Below, in pieces: positions 1 through 16,476 of a stretch of DNA of 64,000 nt; position 1 is the first letter of the stretch; every line of letters starts with the position of its first letter. Below the pieces are notes generated by a model, which saw only the letters and a program-made list of their open reading frames with translations, was not told the origin of the DNA and searched no databases. Made by a program: the position numbers and the translations under genes. Location: NCBI RefSeq assembly GCF_009914755.1, contig NC_060926.1; one strand, 5' to 3'. Source of the DNA: the human T2T-CHM13v2.0 reference genome, Homo sapiens.

Positions 1-145
1 ATCCTATAATTTACAAATTCCAAAATAATTATGCCGACTAAAATGAAGGCTAGTCATCCCAAATCACAATCAATTTCCTAGAGGCCCAACTGTGCCCCCT
101 CCTTTCACCATCTATACATTATGTGGTTTGTGTCACTTTGACTTA

Positions 146-328
<183 letters not shown>

Positions 329-675
329 TCACCATGGACAAAAGCTATCACAATCAACAAGTCAAATGAGGCAACTGTCTTAACTTCTGCATTTTTGATT
401 TCTGCAAGTTGAAGGATATAGCAAACCTCAACCAAGGTCTTAAGTGACGTCCTCTTTGTGGCATTTTGGTTGAGAATAAAAATTCTGTTTGAATAGTTAC
501 AATGGTGCCCATGTGTTTCTCAAGTATGTTCCCCTTTTCAGTCGAAACTAATATGAGTCAAACAGAGTTACTCATGTCTAGTAGTAACTGTTAGGATGAA
601 ATGTCTTTGCTTGCTGCTGAAATGATATCATGGCAATTAGACAGGAAGTTGCAATGGAAAGTACATGGTATATAA

Positions 676-1092
<417 letters not shown>

Positions 1093-1220
1093 TGATTTTA
1101 GACACATAATTACATAAATCTCATATTGCAGGGTAAAATCTTAATATAACACATAATTGCAAAAGGCACCTGTCTCACTTGCACAAAGTGCGCACTTGCA
1201 CAAAGAATAAATAATATTAA

Positions 1221-1532
<312 letters not shown>

Positions 1533-1654
1533 ATTTATTGCATTCTTAACATGTGCCAAGTACTGAGAATATCTAGATTATATAAGCATATTTTATACGT
1601 TATTCAATGGTAATTATCACTAATAATATGTAAAAGTAACATTGTTTCTCTTTC

Positions 1655-2011
<357 letters not shown>

Positions 2012-3895
2012 TAGAAAACTGATGATGAATATGGAAATCAGACACAGAGCCATGACAAAAACACTGGATATTTCCACTAAATATTTCCCAACCAATGAAA
2101 GAAACCAGAAAACAAAAGCTGGGAAGTCTTGTTCATTACATACCATGTAAGTTCATTAAAAATGTCTCTAACAAATGAGTGAACTAAATAGTTGTTATTC
2201 ATTGGGAATACTATGTTAGGTTCACCAATGGATGTCCAAAATGAGTAAGGTGGGGTTGCTGGAGTGGGTTGGGGAAACAGAAATAAAACATCAAACAATT
2301 AGAGAATAATTAAGTCCTGAACTAGGTATACAGACTAGAAAGCAGAGGAAACAAAGCTATACCCCTGGGGCTATACCTAGTCCTATAGATCCCAGTTGCT
2401 TGCCCCATAATCTTTTTTGAATATTTTAAATTAATTGCCAACATTTACAAATTAAATTTCAAATTTAAAAATTCCAGATTTTTCTCTTGAAAATTATTTG
2501 GGAAATCTTGCAATGACTGGCTTGCATTTCCTTGGGGATCCAGCGGGCAGCTGCAGCTACTCTGTTAGACGAGGCATGAGCTCACCACTTTGCGGCAGCC
2601 ACTCAATGACATGGCTGCCTGCCCCCCAAGCCCCGCAAGCATTTGTTAAGATCAGTGTTACACAAAAGTAATAGTAATGTTATAAAAAAGAAATGAGTAT
2701 AAGTAGAGATCAAAGTGGAAAAGGCCTTAGGGAGGAAGCTTAATTGGAACCACACCTTGCAAAAGAAGGAGAATTTATATCCTAAAGTGGAACACAGCAG
2801 CAACAGCTGGCATGAGCACTGCATGTGTGTTCAGAAGACGCCAAGAGAACCAAGCTAGCCTAGAGTGGAGGAGGAGTGCTGGGAGTAAATGGGAAATGAA
2901 ATTGATCAGAAGGGTTGGAGCCAAATTATGACAAGAATTTTTAAAACCTAGCAGAGGAGTTTGGGCATGATGCAGTGAACAGTGCCTTTATAGGTTCTTG
3001 AGCAGAAGAATAACATACAAATGGTGTTTTATTTAAGAAATTATTTTCAGAGTGTGTTGAGTAAATTAAGGGTGGGCAAGAGGAAAGAGCCCCAGTTAGG
3101 AGTTGTTGCAGTAATTGAAGCCTGAGGGGATAAGGACTAGACTGGAGTGAGTGACTCAGAGAAACATCTACAATGTGAAATATGCACTGGGAAAAGAATA
3201 GATAAGCAAGAAAGAAGAATGGGAAGCATGATGAGAATATAAAGTGTATTTAAACAATAACAACAGGTCTTACTTGTTAAGCGCCTGCTGTACATTACAG
3301 ATGATGCACGTTACACAGGGGATCTTGAGAAATCCTCACAAGTCTACGAAGCGGGTATTACTAGGACCATCACACACCACTTTGCAACTAAGGAAAATGA
3401 AGGTGCAGTTTCCTGTCCAAGTCATATTCCAGTGACAGTAGATTTGGGATTTGAGCCAAGTCTATCTACCTGATGCTATGAAGAGTGTGGGAAGTGATGC
3501 AGGTGGACAAGGGCATGTGAAACTTTATACATATTGACTTGGATATGACAGCTAACCAAATGCCCTAGAGACTGAAAAATACAGGGCTGGAATTGGGGTG
3601 AGAGCTCAGGGCCACACGTGTGGATGAGCTGAGTTAGCGTGTTTATGGCACTTTATGCAGTGACTGTTGCATAAGAGATCCCACGTAAGTGTTAGCTGTT
3701 GTTATCTGCATAGAGGTGAATACTAAAGACAGGGAAATGAATTGAGATTTTACTAATGAATTTGTACAAAACTGGCTATTGACCAATAATCTGTCTGGAG
3801 ATCTGTTTGTATAGCTGGGCAAAGAGCTGAGTTATGTCATAAAGCAAGTGAATAAACTTGACTTTAAAGATCTGGGAAGCAGAAGAGACTCCTAG

Positions 3896-4095
3896 GCAGG
3901 GGTTCTCAATCTTGACTGCACATTAGAATCACTTAGGAAGCTTTTAAAAATTCCAATGTTCAGGCCACACCCAAGATGCATTACAACAAAATGTGTAAAG
4001 ACCCAGAATGTGGGGTGGGACCCAGGCATGAGTGTTAAATACAACTGTCCAGATGATTCCAATGTGTAATGTGTAGCTATGGCTGAGAACCACTA
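3896..4095. mobile_element. MER5-type hAT-Charlie DNA transposon remnant
   Basis: Terminal inverted repeats caggggttctca..tgagaaccacta; internal cattagaatcac motif. Confidence 0.75.
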
Positions 4096-4455
4096 TTCCC
4101 TTATAAGAAGGTCAAACATCACCAGTGAAACACATGGGCAGCATCCAGGGACTAACACAGGGCAAATGTTTCCTGTGTACCGAAAGGCATAATTTGCAAC
4201 ACGAAGGAACATTATCTCCATGAACACAAGGCTGCTCTCCTAGATGAATGAGGGATAGGACCGTGCAGTTCAAGTCCACTCAAGGGTGGCACAATCAGTG
4301 TCAGTGCTCCAGTCTGAGAAACTGCAGACTAGAAAACCCAGACAGGGCAGAATGCAGCTGTAATGAATCAACTTTCAAGAGCAAAATCATTGATAAGAGA
4401 GAGAAAAATGAAGAACAAGGAACTGAATGAAAATCTTTTAAGACACAAAAGAAAC

Positions 4456-4755
4456 TTTTTTTTTTTCTTTAGACGGAGTCTCACTCTGTCGCCCAGGCTG
4501 GAGTGCAGTGGCACGATCTCGGGCACTGCAAGCTCCACCTCCCGGGTTCATGCCATTCTCCTGCCTCAGCCTCCTGAGTAGCTTGGACTACAGGCGTCTG
4601 CCACCACGCCCGGCTAATTATTTTTTTGTATTTTTTTAGTAGAGACGGGGTTTCACCATGTTAGCCAGGATGATCTCGATCTCCTGACCTTGTGATCCAC
4701 CCCCCTCAGCCTCCCAAAGTGGTGGGATTACAGGCATGAGCCACTGTGCCCTGCC
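4456..4755 (-). mobile_element. Alu (AluY-like)
   Basis: gcaagctcc/tgccattctcc/ttagccaggatg diagnostics. Confidence 0.95.
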
Positions 4756-5046
4756 AAGAAACATGTTTTTTTAAGAGCTGATTACTTTAAAAAACAGCAC
4801 AGACACTAACTACTCCTATATAATTTGAGATGCTTAAAAGGACGTGGGAAATGCCATAATGCATTCCATCAATATCAATACAGACACAATAAAAATTAGC
4901 TCTGATTCTGTTTATACTCTAGGTAAAGGGATTTAATTATAAAAACTCTGAGACAGCAATTGTTAAATGCAAAAATTCTTTTGCTCATAGTTCCATCATG
5001 AAAGAAGTCATTTACACATTATTTCATTTTAAAATTATAGTAAATT

Positions 5047-5426
<380 letters not shown>

Positions 5427-6642
5427 TTACTTCCACTTTGGAAATACAAAATGTTCTTGGAAGATTGCGCTAATAAAATTGTGTGAGAACTACAAGTGAA
5501 GTTCTAGGTCATAATACTTTGTAGACAGAGGAATTTTATGGTCTTTACAGTCTTAAAGAAAATCAGGTACAAAAGATCAATGTTACATCAAATGAAGGGC
5601 TGACTTCATGGATAGTCAGCATTTTGCTAATACTGTGCAGGAAAAAATTTCAGTAACAGACACTAGGGAGTTTTTGCTTTGTCATTGCTAGGCAGGTCTA
5701 AAGAACTTCTATATTGTGTTACCCTATTTTCATATACTGTTACAAAATTGCATAATCATATACAAACTAAAGAATTCTATCTGACAAAATATTTCAGAAG
5801 ACACTAGAAATAGCTTGGCATCCAACTCCCGGGCAGTCTCAGTCTTTTTTGATTCTGGGTGTGTGACCCAGAACCTGGACTGTTCTGATGACTAGCACTG
5901 GTTCTCCGTATTGGACAGGGGCTGGATCTTAGCCTGATCCAGCATGGCTCCATGCCTCTGTCCTGGGACAGCTCAGACGCTCATCTCTTTCCTGGTTCAC
6001 TTTCAAAAAATCCCTATGACATTTAAAACAAATGCCCTGTGAGTGAATGAAAACAAAACATCAAGCACTACAATAATTTCTGGAAGGCTCCATCTTCTGG
6101 AACATAGCTCAACGCTGGAACTTAACAAAAAACACGTCCAAATCCCTGGCACAAAGCACAAGCACTGAAAACCTGGCATTTTTGCTTTATTCTCTGAGTA
6201 GTAAAAGGCCCTCGAGTCATTTCTTGGAGCTTGCTGATGTTCATGTACATACCATTTATTGAAAATAACTTAATGCTCTGACTTCTCAAACCTTGACAGA
6301 GATCTTGGCAGGGAAGTGATTTATTAAAGGGAAATGTAAAGGGTCTGCCAATAGCAGGCACCCTCTGATAGCTCTATGGGTGAGGACAAGGGAGACTAAC
6401 AACACAAAAAGTTAAGTCTCTATACTATGAGAGAGACAGTGTCTGTGGCTTTCTTTTGGTCTCTGGGATCACAACTTCCCCATCCCTACCCACCCAGGGA
6501 GCATCCTTCATTTGTGCAATTTGGTTCCTAGATCATCTTTGTAGGGCTGAGTCAAGGGAAGGGATCAAACACCTTTTCTAAAAACAACTCTAAAGCTACT
6601 TCAGGGACTGTAGGAAAGGTGGGGAAAGGGAGAGGGACAGAT

Positions 6643-6666
6643 GAGAGAGAGAGAGAGAGACAGACA

Positions 6667-6707
<41 letters not shown>

Positions 6708-6720
6708 AGAGACAGAGAGG
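6643..6720. repeat. Compound microsatellite (GA)n-(CA)~18-(GA)n within a purine-rich tract
   Basis: Directly visible. Confidence 0.97.
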
Positions 6721-9126
6721 AATAGAGAGGGAGGAAGGAAGAAAAGGAGAGAGAGAATGAGCAGAGAAGAGGAACTGTTTGTGAAAAGAGAAGATGACAT
6801 AAACAGCTGGTAAAATGCTAAGACTTTGTGGTGGGAGAAAGAAAACGAAGATCAATAAGGGCACACAATGTGGTGGGAGAAATAATTCCCTCTCACAACC
6901 CATCCCCTCAAGACAATCTTTAGTAAAGACCCACAGGGCTCTTCTGTGCTCTCTGAGTGTTTTACTTCTGTTGAAGGTGACTTTCTGCTGGTGCTAGTTT
7001 CCAGGGAGTCCAGCTCTAGTCAAGTAACAAGAGCTCTGCATCATGATTCATAGGCACAATGATCCCCCCAAACCATGAAATATCCTCAATGTGCAGTGTA
7101 TAGGAAAGTAAAGAGAAATATAATATATTTATGAAAGAGTTTCAGCAAATAGGGGGTCAAACAAATTCTCATACAGTTAAAATCATAGCTTTGGTTACCT
7201 GGAAAATCCACATAAGAGAGCACATCTCCAATAATATCAGATAAATTAGGTGTTATTGCATTTAATTTCCTAGAAATGTGCAGCTTAAATAAACTTCTGG
7301 GTCCCATATTTGGCATAATAAGCCACATGGTGTTTGGAAAGATCTTTTCCTTCTGGCATCACTGAGGTTGGGATTGGCATTATAATGGTCCTAGAAAAAC
7401 AAACCTTCACATTCCAAAATTTTGACAAATTTTGGTGAGCACTCTAACAGCTGCAAAAAGCAGTGAGTCAAAGTTTCCAAAGCCCCTCTCTCTTCTGCAC
7501 TTGAAAATACATGTCAATGTGCTTGGAATGAGGAAAAGCGGGGAAAGTTTACCAGGTTCCTAGGAATTCTCAATGAAGATCATTAAAATTTATTACTGTC
7601 ATAATTTTCAAGATATTATTCTCACACCACTAAAAGGGGTGAAATTATAGTCACAAGGAGGATCAGACCACTTAAAAAAATCTGTTTGAAATGTTGCTTT
7701 CACAAAACCTTCAGGAATCCTGGTAGAAGGAGAAGCTATTTTATTCAAAGGAACAGAAGATTCCTCCAGAGGGGAAATGAGGTTAGGTAGTCCTGCCCTG
7801 GTATCATGTGGAATTTGTTATAGTGACTTCCATTGATATCAGGCTGTACAACCCAGTTTCAAGATCAAACAAAGCCCACTGAAACAGAGTAGGCCAGAAA
7901 TATGGAGATGATTCTTCCTGAAAATTAAAACCACCACAAACACTGCTAGCAATTTAGATATATTTGGGTTACACAGGTCTTTGGAAAATGTTTAACTCTA
8001 AATGTAAGTTTCTAGAATGGATTTTATTGTCACCAATGATTACTCATGTGCATTTGCGATGCTAAATGAGGAAGTGAACTCAGCCACATTTAGAGTGCTC
8101 ATGCAGTCTTGAAGAATGTGTGCAGTCTTCAAGTGCATGCCTTTAAAGAGCACGGAAGGGGCAGCATTTGGCAATTTACCTTTTCCTCAGGGAGGAGAGG
8201 CCACACAAAAGGCCTGGAAAAGGACAGCCTTGACTGGCACGAGCAACAATCCACATGGCTTCATGTCTTTAACCATAAAACACAGGTAAAGGGATGGTCC
8301 ACTTTAAACCCCAGCATAGGCTCTTACTAAGATAAAGTCCACTCTGCATGATTAAATATCTAAGCAGACAGCTCTGCAAATCAGGGTTCGTATGTTCCAG
8401 TTGTTAATGGTTCAAATGTGAACAAACTACTTCTCAGAATCAAATTTCCAGAAAGAAAGAAAGAAAAAGCGACACATTAACCTTTATTGGCTACTTGTTA
8501 TGTTCCAAGCACCAAGCAAAGTGTTCTCCAAAAATAATCGTGAGAGGTGAGGTAATTATTGTTATCTCTATTTTATAGAAAAAGAGATTCAGGCTCAGGG
8601 AAGGAGGTACCCTGCCTAAAGTCAGACAGTTGCTAAAAGAATGAAATTCCCAGTTGGGAATTTCATGAAGTTTTCCCCTAAACCTTTAAACTTACCTGTA
8701 GTGTCATACACTTCTTTCAGCCTGTGTCATCAAAATAGGTGTCCCTATTTTGTTCCAAAGTTGGCCTGTGTTTCTGCCTTCAGTGTCGTGCTGCCCATGA
8801 GCCTGCCTTATTCCACAAACCACTTTCCTTCCACTCACGTCCTGTGTCCTCTGCACATGTATGCTCAACTTCCCATCCTAAAATTCCTTCCCTCTCTCTT
8901 CTCCTAACTACTGTTCTATTTTGCTTTCTTTTTACCTCCAGATTTCGTGAAAAGAGCATTTGACTTCTGCTTCAGATCCTGTATCATTCTGTCACCAATC
9001 ATGATCCGGTTTATAACCTATTACTTCACAGAACCTGCTTTGGCAAAGACCATTGATAATGTCATGATTTGCAAATCTAAATGAGGCCTCTTTTCAGATC
9101 TCATCCTTCTTGATGCCCTATCCCCG

Positions 9127-9255
9127 TTTTGAGACAGGGTCTCACTCTGTTGCCCAGGCTGGAGTGCAGTGGCATGATCATGGCTCCCTGCAGGCTTGAC
9201 CTTCTGAGCCCAAGTAACCCTCCCACCTCAGCCCCCGTGAGTAGCTGGGACTTCC
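9127..9255 (-). mobile_element. Alu right-arm fragment (AluJ/FRAM-like) in a probable old L2
   Basis: gagacagggtctcactctgttgcccaggctggagtgcagtggc..gtagctgggac. Confidence 0.8.
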
Positions 9256-9989
9256 TGAGCCCTTTGAGCATGTGGCTCTATTGACCACTCCTCTGTGAAA
9301 CCCGGCTCCCCTGAAAAGACTTTCCTAACTCTATTCAAAATCTGTTGGCTCTCTTTCTTTCACTTGCTTCTCTGTCTCAGCTCATCCCTTAAATATTGAG
9401 GTTTCTCATGACATCATCCTCTATTTCCTCTCCTTTTCAATGACTTTCTCCCCAGTTGCTTTAGTCTATACTCTAGGTTCCAGTTGCCACCAGTACACTG
9501 AACTCTTTGCTTTCAACCTCTCCTGTGCGCCATGGCTGCCATTTCCAGCTGTCTTTGGGAATCTCCCATTGATGGCCCAAAGATTTCTCAATAAAACTTG
9601 TCCAACACCAAACTCACTCAATCTTCCAATTTGAGTCTAACCATTTCCCATTCTTGGCAGAGGGTGCTACCATCTGCCTGGTAGCCTAGGTAGTGAGGGC
9701 CTTTGAATCTTCCTTGACTCTTCCCTACCTCTACTCAAAGTCCTGATGTCTCTGCATCCTACATATCCCTTCAATTTGTTCCCTGGTCCCCATCTCCACT
9801 GCCTAGTCCAGTCTTTCATCATGTTACTCTGGCTAATGCAATGGCCTCTCTGAGAAACTGTCTCTAGTCTCTCATTTTCTAATTTATCCTCCCAATTGCC
9901 ACCAGACTGATCTTTGAAAAGCAGGATATTATTGGTATTCCTCTGCTTATACATTTTCAGTGGCTTCACATGGACAATAGAATAGGGCT

Positions 9990-10251
9990 GGCTGGGCGTG
10001 GCAACTCACACCTGTAATACCAGCACTTTGGGAGGCCGAGGCAGGCAGATCATTTGAAGTTAGGAGTTTGAGACCAGCCTGGCCAACATGATGAAACCCA
10101 GTCTCTACTAAAAATACAAAAATTTGCTGGGCATGGTGGCACGTATCTGTTATCCTAGCTACTGGGGAGGCTGAGGCAGGAGAATTACTTGAACCTGGGA
10201 GATCACGCCACTGCACTCCAGCCTGGGCGAAGAAGTGTGACTCCGATTCAA

Positions 10252-10304
<53 letters not shown>
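9990..10304 (+). mobile_element. Alu (AluS-type) with ~20 bp right-arm deletion and (AAT)~17 tail
   Basis: gaacctggga joined directly to gatcacgccactgc; trinucleotide tail ~10253-10304. Confidence 0.95.
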
Positions 10305-10440
10305 GGCTTCAATGACCAACCAGCCCTAGCCTACCTTTCCAACCTGAGCTTTGAGAACTTCCCTTCCCTTGTATCTATTAACTTACTTGTATCTATTTCC
10401 TACACTACTTTCATGCTTCTGTGGCTTAGCTTATGCTACC

Positions 10441-10849
10441 TGATATGGTTTTTTTGGATGTTTGTTCCCTCTAAATCTCATGTTTAAATATAATCCCCAG
10501 TGTCAGAGGTAGGGCCTTGTCGGGGGTGTTTGGATCATAAGTGCAGATCCCTCATGAATGGTTTCGCACCACTCCCTTGGTGATGAGTGACCTCACAGGA
10601 GATCTGATTGTTTAAAGGTGTGTGGTACCTCCCCCCTGCTCTCTCTGGCTCCCACTCTCACCATGTGACATGCTGGCTCTCCATCACCTTCTGACATGAG
10701 TAGAAGTTTCCTGAGGCCCTCAACAGAAGCCAAGCAAATGCTGGTACCATGATTGTACAGTCTGCAAAACCATAAGCCAGTGAAACCTTTCTTTATAAAT
10801 TACCCAGCCTCAGGTTTTCTTTATAGTTACACAAGAATGGCCTAACACA
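10441..10849 (+). mobile_element. MST-type (ERVL-MaLR) solo LTR
   Basis: Starts tgatatggttt..aaatctcatg and ends tttataaattacccagcctcagg..ctaacaca; TG..CA termini. Confidence 0.88.
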
Positions 10850-11984
10850 TCACTCCCTTCACTAGAATGTCCTTCTTTCTTTGGTCCACCTGGTAAACTC
10901 CTATTCATCATTCTTCAAGGTTCCACTTCATATTTCCCCAAATACCCCATCCCCAGCCCTGAAAGAATAATTGTTCCCACAGCTGTGTTCTCATACATTT
11001 CTTCATTACAGAACTAACTACAGAGCTTCACAGAGTTATTTGTTGACTCACTGCCACACCATGAATTCTTCAAAGGAAGAAACTGTATTATTCATCTCTG
11101 TAGTCCTAGAGTCTAATTCAGTGCTTGGATCATAGTTGGATGCTCCATAAATCTGTGTTAAATGAACATATTAATACATCTTTTCCTGTTTGCAGTATCC
11201 AATTAGGCTGCATCTTCATTATCATTGCAGTATGTGAAAACACATGTTATATACCAAAGAACATACAGCAGCTTAGTGACACATATGGAGTTTGCACTTC
11301 TACTGAAATCATTTTCAGTTCTGACAGCTGTTAAAGTGTGAACAATGCACTGCCTATAATAAGGACCTATATACATCTGCTATTCCGTCAACATCATGAC
11401 TGCCTTCATTTTCAAAGCTCATTTGCCAAGCTGCATTTCCTACCATTTGCTCATCCACCCATTCATCCACCCACTCACTCTTTCATTCAGGCCTATCTCT
11501 TTCAAAAAGAGATTGAATGTACACATTTCAGTTTACCTATCAACATCTTCTATCTGCCAATCCATTTCTGTTCTATCTAATGCAATTAATGAATTGCAGG
11601 AATGTCCAAGTCCATTAAACTGAACAATTTCAATTCCATATTATTTCTTGAGAGTAGAGACTTTATCTTCATTGTGTATCAAAAAAGTTCTCTTCACTAG
11701 AACTTTCTAAAGTCAAAAAGCAACCTAATATTTTGTGTCCTGATATTGTATGATATAACATCATGAAAAGTAAATTCTATATCTGAGTATGTCATACCAC
11801 TAATCCTCCTATTCATTATGTTTGTCAAAATGAATCCTCATGGAAATAAGCCACTCTTACGAGACAGGAAATGCACACGTGTATCTGTGCTAACACCAAA
11901 GATGTACCTGAAGTGTTCCCTTACTGTTCTGTCTTTAGGGAGGATAGAACATCTGGCTTGAAGGTTCACTCCTCAGAGAATTCA

Positions 11985-12305
<321 letters not shown>

Positions 12306-13060
12306 CTATTTCCCTGTTTTCCTACCAACTTTGGACAACGTGACTTTATTTTACTATTTCAACATATGAGTTTGAGTGTACATGTTTGTTTGAAAATCAT
12401 ACCTGGGTTTTCAGATTTGGAAACAGGATTCCAACACAAAAGAGAAAATGTTTATTGAGAACCCATCATAAATATACAAAGTATGTTCTATATCCTCATT
12501 CCAAGAAATAAACAATAGGGTCTCAGCCTTCGAAGGGCTTAGGATTTAATTTGATAATTAAAAGCAAAATAAAACAAAACACCTCTTAAATAACTACAAT
12601 CACAAAATAATTAGCTCCCTTGTTTACCCTGGCTACTATTTTTCACATGTGAGGATTTGGATCTTAGACCATTTAATGTCTTCTTTCTTCTCCATACTGA
12701 AATGTCTGTTTCTGATATTCTCCTAAAAGAGAGTAACCAGAGACCTGAGCTCTTTTCAGCTGTACAAGACAGTGTCAGTTTGTACTCCAATAAGACTGTA
12801 GAAACTGCAATGCCACTAAGCCCAGACAATATGAGAGTTCTTATGTATCATTAGGTATTCAGACTTTTGGACTCTTACAAATCTAATACTGTGAAATGGT
12901 ATCTCATTATTTGAAACTACACTTACATTACTAGCATCTTTCCATGGGTTTATTGGCTATTCATACTTCCATTTCTATGCCTTTTCATAACCTTTATCCA
13001 TTTTTCTATTGGGTTCTCTTCTTTTAAAGGCCTTCTTTATGTATCCACAATCTGGTTTCC

Positions 13061-13379
13061 TTTTTTTTTTTTTTCTGAGACAGAGTCTAGCTCTGTTGCA
13101 TGGCTGGAGCGCAGTGGCACAATGTTGGCTCACTGCAACCTCTGCTTCCTGGGTTCAAGTGATTCTCCTGCCTCAGCCTCTTGAGTAGCTGGGACTACAG
13201 GTGCGAGTCACCACGTTCAGCTAATTTTTCTATTTTTTTTTTTTTTTTTTTTTTTTTTAGTAGAGATGGGGTTTCACCATGTTGGCCAGGTTGGTCTCGA
13301 TCTCCTGACCTCATCATGATCCGCCTGCCTCGGCATCCCAAAGTGCTGGGATTACAGGCGTGAGCCACTGCGCCTGGCT
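13061..13379 (-). mobile_element. Alu (AluS-type) with expanded middle A-tract
   Basis: Dimeric Alu. Confidence 0.95.
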
Positions 13380-13878
13380 GATCTCTTTGTTTTACATGTT
13401 GTAAATCTATTCTTCCAGTTGATTATCTTTCTTTATGCCTTTATATGTGGTATCTTTCATTATATCCATTTAAAAATATTTATGTAGCCAAATTTATCAA
13501 TCATTTCTTGTATGAGCTCTGATAGAGGTATATTTTTTACATGAATTGAGTTAGTGAAAAGATACATGAAATACAAAAATCAATAACAAATTAAACAAGG
13601 TCATTTAAAAATTATTGGGTTTTAAAATAGCCCTATTGGAAAATAACTTTACATGCGTTTATTCTGAATTGAATAATGTCCTAGAGCAACACTATCTCTA
13701 CATTGCAGCTTACTGATAAGTCAATTTGTACCAGGAGTGATTTTTCCTTTTTAAGAAATTAGACAAAACATTAAAATAGACACAAAGGCTTCCATTATGT
13801 AAGTGACAAGTATGCTGACTGAAGTTTGTAGTCACCAATTCAAATCATTCCAATTCCAAAGTGAAATAAAAAATAAAG

Positions 13879-14180
13879 GGCTGAGCGCTGTGGCTCACAC
13901 CTGTAATCCTAGCACTTTGGGAGGCCGAGGAGGGCGGATTGCCTGAGCTCAGGAGTTCGTGTCCAGCCTGGGCAACACGGTGAAACCCCGTCTCTATTAA
14001 AATACAAAAAATTAGCCGGGCGTGGTGGCTTGCACCTGTACTCCCAGCTACTCAGGAGGCTGAGGCAGGAGAATTACTTGAACTCAGAGGGTGGAGGTTG
14101 CAATGAGATGAGATCTCACCACTGCACTCCAGCCTGGGCAACAGAGCGAGACTGCACCTCAAAAATAAATAAATAAATAA
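13879..14180 (+). mobile_element. Alu (AluS-type)
   Basis: Dimeric Alu, (AAAT)n tail. Confidence 0.95.
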
Positions 14181-15890
14181 TTGAGGACATGAATAAAACC
14201 CCAAATTTTTCAATAATCACTAATTATATTACTTATTAAGCATGTACATATAATACATTGTGTTGTTTACTATTATTAAAATAATAAACACATGTGATCA
14301 CCCACATGAAAAGCCTAGAATTTAATGACATCATTTGTATACAATAATTATAGAACTATTATATGTAAGAAAATTTCTCACACTTCTCCAAAGGCCCATT
14401 AGCTTTACAGAACCTGCTTATTTTCCCAAAGAGGAGAAAATGCAGCCTTGCTCTTTATGTATGAATGAGTTCTGAATTATTTGAATTCAAATACATTTGA
14501 ATTCTACTACTTAACACATAGAAACTCATGCAAACTGTTGTGTTATCAAAGTACAAATATTATAAGCTATAGTAAAATAAATTTAAGACTATACCATCTA
14601 AATATTATTTAACTATGGATAGGTGAATGATAATTATGACTTCTGTTTTTACTCATTCCCAAAGCAGAATTCTTAGTTTAAAAGAAAAAAACCTTAGCTT
14701 TCTATAGTGAAGAAAAAGAGCATATCCTGGCCAGAATTCTGTTAACAGAAACTTCAACTATTTTATCACCAACCAAACCATGATAGAAACATCACACTCT
14801 AACGTTAATTGACCAGTAGTCTTCCTGACCACCTAGCATACTATATGCTGGTTTCACAACTGGCTCAATACCACAGGAGAGAGGCCACCCATTAGGTTGA
14901 GAAGCTACCCCCACCATAGGTCCTATTCAGAGTCAACTGAAGTGAAGTATCTATAGAAAGTGAATATATCCCTTTGAGTTATGCTTTGACTACACACAAA
15001 GAAAAATAATTTTCTGACAACAATCACATGGGAGGTCAGAAATATGGCAACAAATATGGCAACTATGGAATGGAGAATTAGAAATGGTCAGGGTCAAGAT
15101 CATCATGAATACTTGAATGAGGTTATTAGCACTCAGGGATAAACAAAACCTTGCCTGAAAGGCTCAGTATGCTGTTCCTTTTAATTCTCTGGAGGTTACA
15201 GGGATGAGCGTCCCAACCACTGGGTAGAGCAAAGCATTATTTTACTATGGCTTGCCTACATTTGAGGGATAATAAAAAAATGAGAAAGTCTTTTGAAAAC
15301 TTGCCAGTTTCCTTTCTAAACTACTCTAAAATTTAAAACCAAAGCTGATTTAACCATTGGAGGGTGAGGGGGCGGGGGTGAAAATAATTGGTCAGTTTTA
15401 TGAAGGGCTATCAAGTTGGCAATGAGTAGCATAGACCAAATGTCAACTTTCTGATCTGATTTCCCAAACGTACACCCTCAAAACCACAAGGTAAATAAAT
15501 AATGCCTTGAGTCAGCAAAAGGGGAACAAAACATATTTTGAGAAAAACATTTGAAAGAATATTAAACTGAAAGGGTAAACACTGAGGGGTAAACGGTGGA
15601 TGCCTTGTTCAGATACCCTTCTGTTCCATTCTGTGAGTGGGAGATTCTATTCATTACAACCTTTCCCTTTTCCAATACCATCTCCCTTGCCAGCAGGGTG
15701 AAAACAAAATTAAACAGATCTCAGTGTAACAAATGGCAACGTGAAGTGAATGATCACTCAATCAGCACCCTAAATCTTCAAAATATTTCCACAAGTCTAA
15801 AGAATAAGAACAATTTTTAGGCTATGAATATTGGCATATTATTTTCTACAATGTTCCAGGATATCTGATGACAAGAGACCTTCTGCTTCA

Positions 15891-16166
<276 letters not shown>

Positions 16167-16476
16167 TCAAGGGGGGGATCTTGTAAGCATCAACACCTCC
16201 CAGTTCTAATGTTGTGGGGAGAAAGATTCTTTCACTGGCTTCATCATTTTGCTGCCCAAGTACTATAAATAGTATACTATTCAACCAATAAAATCAGTGT
16301 CTGCTTTGAGTTAAAGCTGACTGTGGGCCTGAATTTTAGCGATATAGTCTTACGCTGATGCCCTGCTGTTCCAAAAAGGGATTGTGTTGGGAGAGTCATC
16401 TATTTTCCTGAGGCCATACCTTTAAGTTGCATGTGATGAGCTCATTCCTAATTGGAAGCAGATAGTATCTATGCAT

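Noticed and set aside
1176-1205. Direct repeat cacttgcacaaag around palindrome aagtgcgcactt (MRE-like core)
   Set aside because: Short and isolated between Alus; no supporting regulatory context
6552-6903. ORFs with VCVCVC/THTHTH runs
   Set aside because: Microsatellite artefacts
16268-16281. 14-bp palindrome aatagtatactatt
   Set aside because: Expected by chance in 64 kb of AT-rich DNA
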